From an uncultured Bacteroidota bacterium (GTDB taxonomy: Bacteria > Bacteroidota > Bacteroidia > Bacteroidales > WCHB1-69), in the NCBI GenBank assembly GCA_902786595.1, contig CADADB010000002.1, positions 158,011-222,010 on the forward strand: a stretch of DNA of 64,000 bases, read 5' to 3'. Positions 63,645 to 64,000 of the stretch are shown piece after piece. Numbering within the stretch: the stretch's first letter is position 1; each line of letters starts with the position of its first letter. Below the pieces are notes generated by a model, which was not told where the DNA came from, did not search any database, and worked only from the letters and a program-made list of their open reading frames with translations. The translations under genes were made by a program, and so were the position numbers.

Positions 63645-63652
63645 TATCTTTG
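63645..63652 (+). promoter_or_regulatory. -7 box TATCTTTG, lon
   Basis: Lies inside the longest possible lon reading frame. This argues for the ATG at 63667 as the real start. Confidence 0.5.
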
Positions 63653-63666
63653 CAGCAGGCGGTTTC

Positions 63667-64000
63667 ATGAATGGCGAGTCCAACGTCATACCTATTCTGT
63701 CTGTGGAAGACGAGCTCAAGCTGAGTGCGGAGGAACTGCCCGATGAGGTCCCTCTTCTCCCACTGCGCAACACCGTCCTTTTCCCCGGCATGGTCATCCC
63801 CATCACCATTGGTCGCGAAAAGTCTCTGAAACTTGCTCGCGACTGCTCCAACTACGACATCCCCATCGGAGTGGTGGCGCAACGTGACAACAACGTGGAA
63901 GACCCTACTATCAAGGATATGTATCGCGTGGGTACCATCGCCCGTATCCTCAAGACCCTCAACATTCCTGACGGCAATGTCATGATGGTCGTGCAGGGCG
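63667..64000 (+). CDS. lon: Lon protease, N-terminal part (runs off the window)
   Basis: Hand translation: ...LPLLPLRNTVLFPGMVIPITIGREKS...VGTIARILK, the LON substrate-binding domain. An in-frame alternative start lies at 63634. The ORF is not in the track because it has no stop in the window. Confidence 0.85.
   Translation, partial: MNGESNVIPILSVEDELKLSAEELPDEVPLLPLRNTVLFPGMVIPITIGREKSLKLARDCSNYDIPIGVVAQRDNNVEDPTIKDMYRVGTIARILKTLNIPDGNVMMVVQG

Overview
This window looks like a Bacteroidota (Bacteroidales-like) chromosome. The evidence is TAnnTTTG -7 promoter boxes, several T9SS sorting domains, a type-2 IleRS and the overall gene content. About 45 genes can be called. Housekeeping genes: tRNA-Thr, tuf, tRNA-Trp, ispE, yceD-rpmF, rdgB, cvpA, mlaEF-like, aspS, parE, ileS, rlmH, sufCD, purA, rimM, rpsP, recA, ruvB, rpmE2 and the lon 5' end. 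These are interleaved with visibly AT-richer accessory patches at roughly 26.4-39.5 kb, 42.9-47.3 kb and 48.4-50.0 kb. I found no rRNA, CRISPR array, transposase or integrase. Four things deserve a second look. (1) A minus-strand cluster at 26.5-32.0 kb: an ECF sigma factor fused to a transmembrane helix and a repeat-built tail, plus three small beta-barrel genes. Each transcription unit is preceded by the same ~70-nt promoter/leader element. There are four copies; one is an orphan pointing antisense into an AAA ATPase gene. (2) A dispersed family of about 28-nt palindromes, GTAGAGACG-N10-CGTCTCTAC, with 12 copies and a GTAGGGGCG variant. The inner stems co-vary, same-subtype pairs bracket single accessory genes, and several copies sit in frame inside coding sequences. 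(3) At least 17 degenerate period-7 tandem arrays at gene junctions, many placing stop triplets in all three frames. (4) Smaller accessory modules: tandem AAA ATPases with nuclease-like tails, a HigBA-like pair, an overlapping 53-aa/152-aa gene pair, a NYN gene next to an orphan T9SS CTD, and a 1099-aa doubled TldD/PmbA-like protein. All functional calls come from motif recognition by eye. No database search was run.
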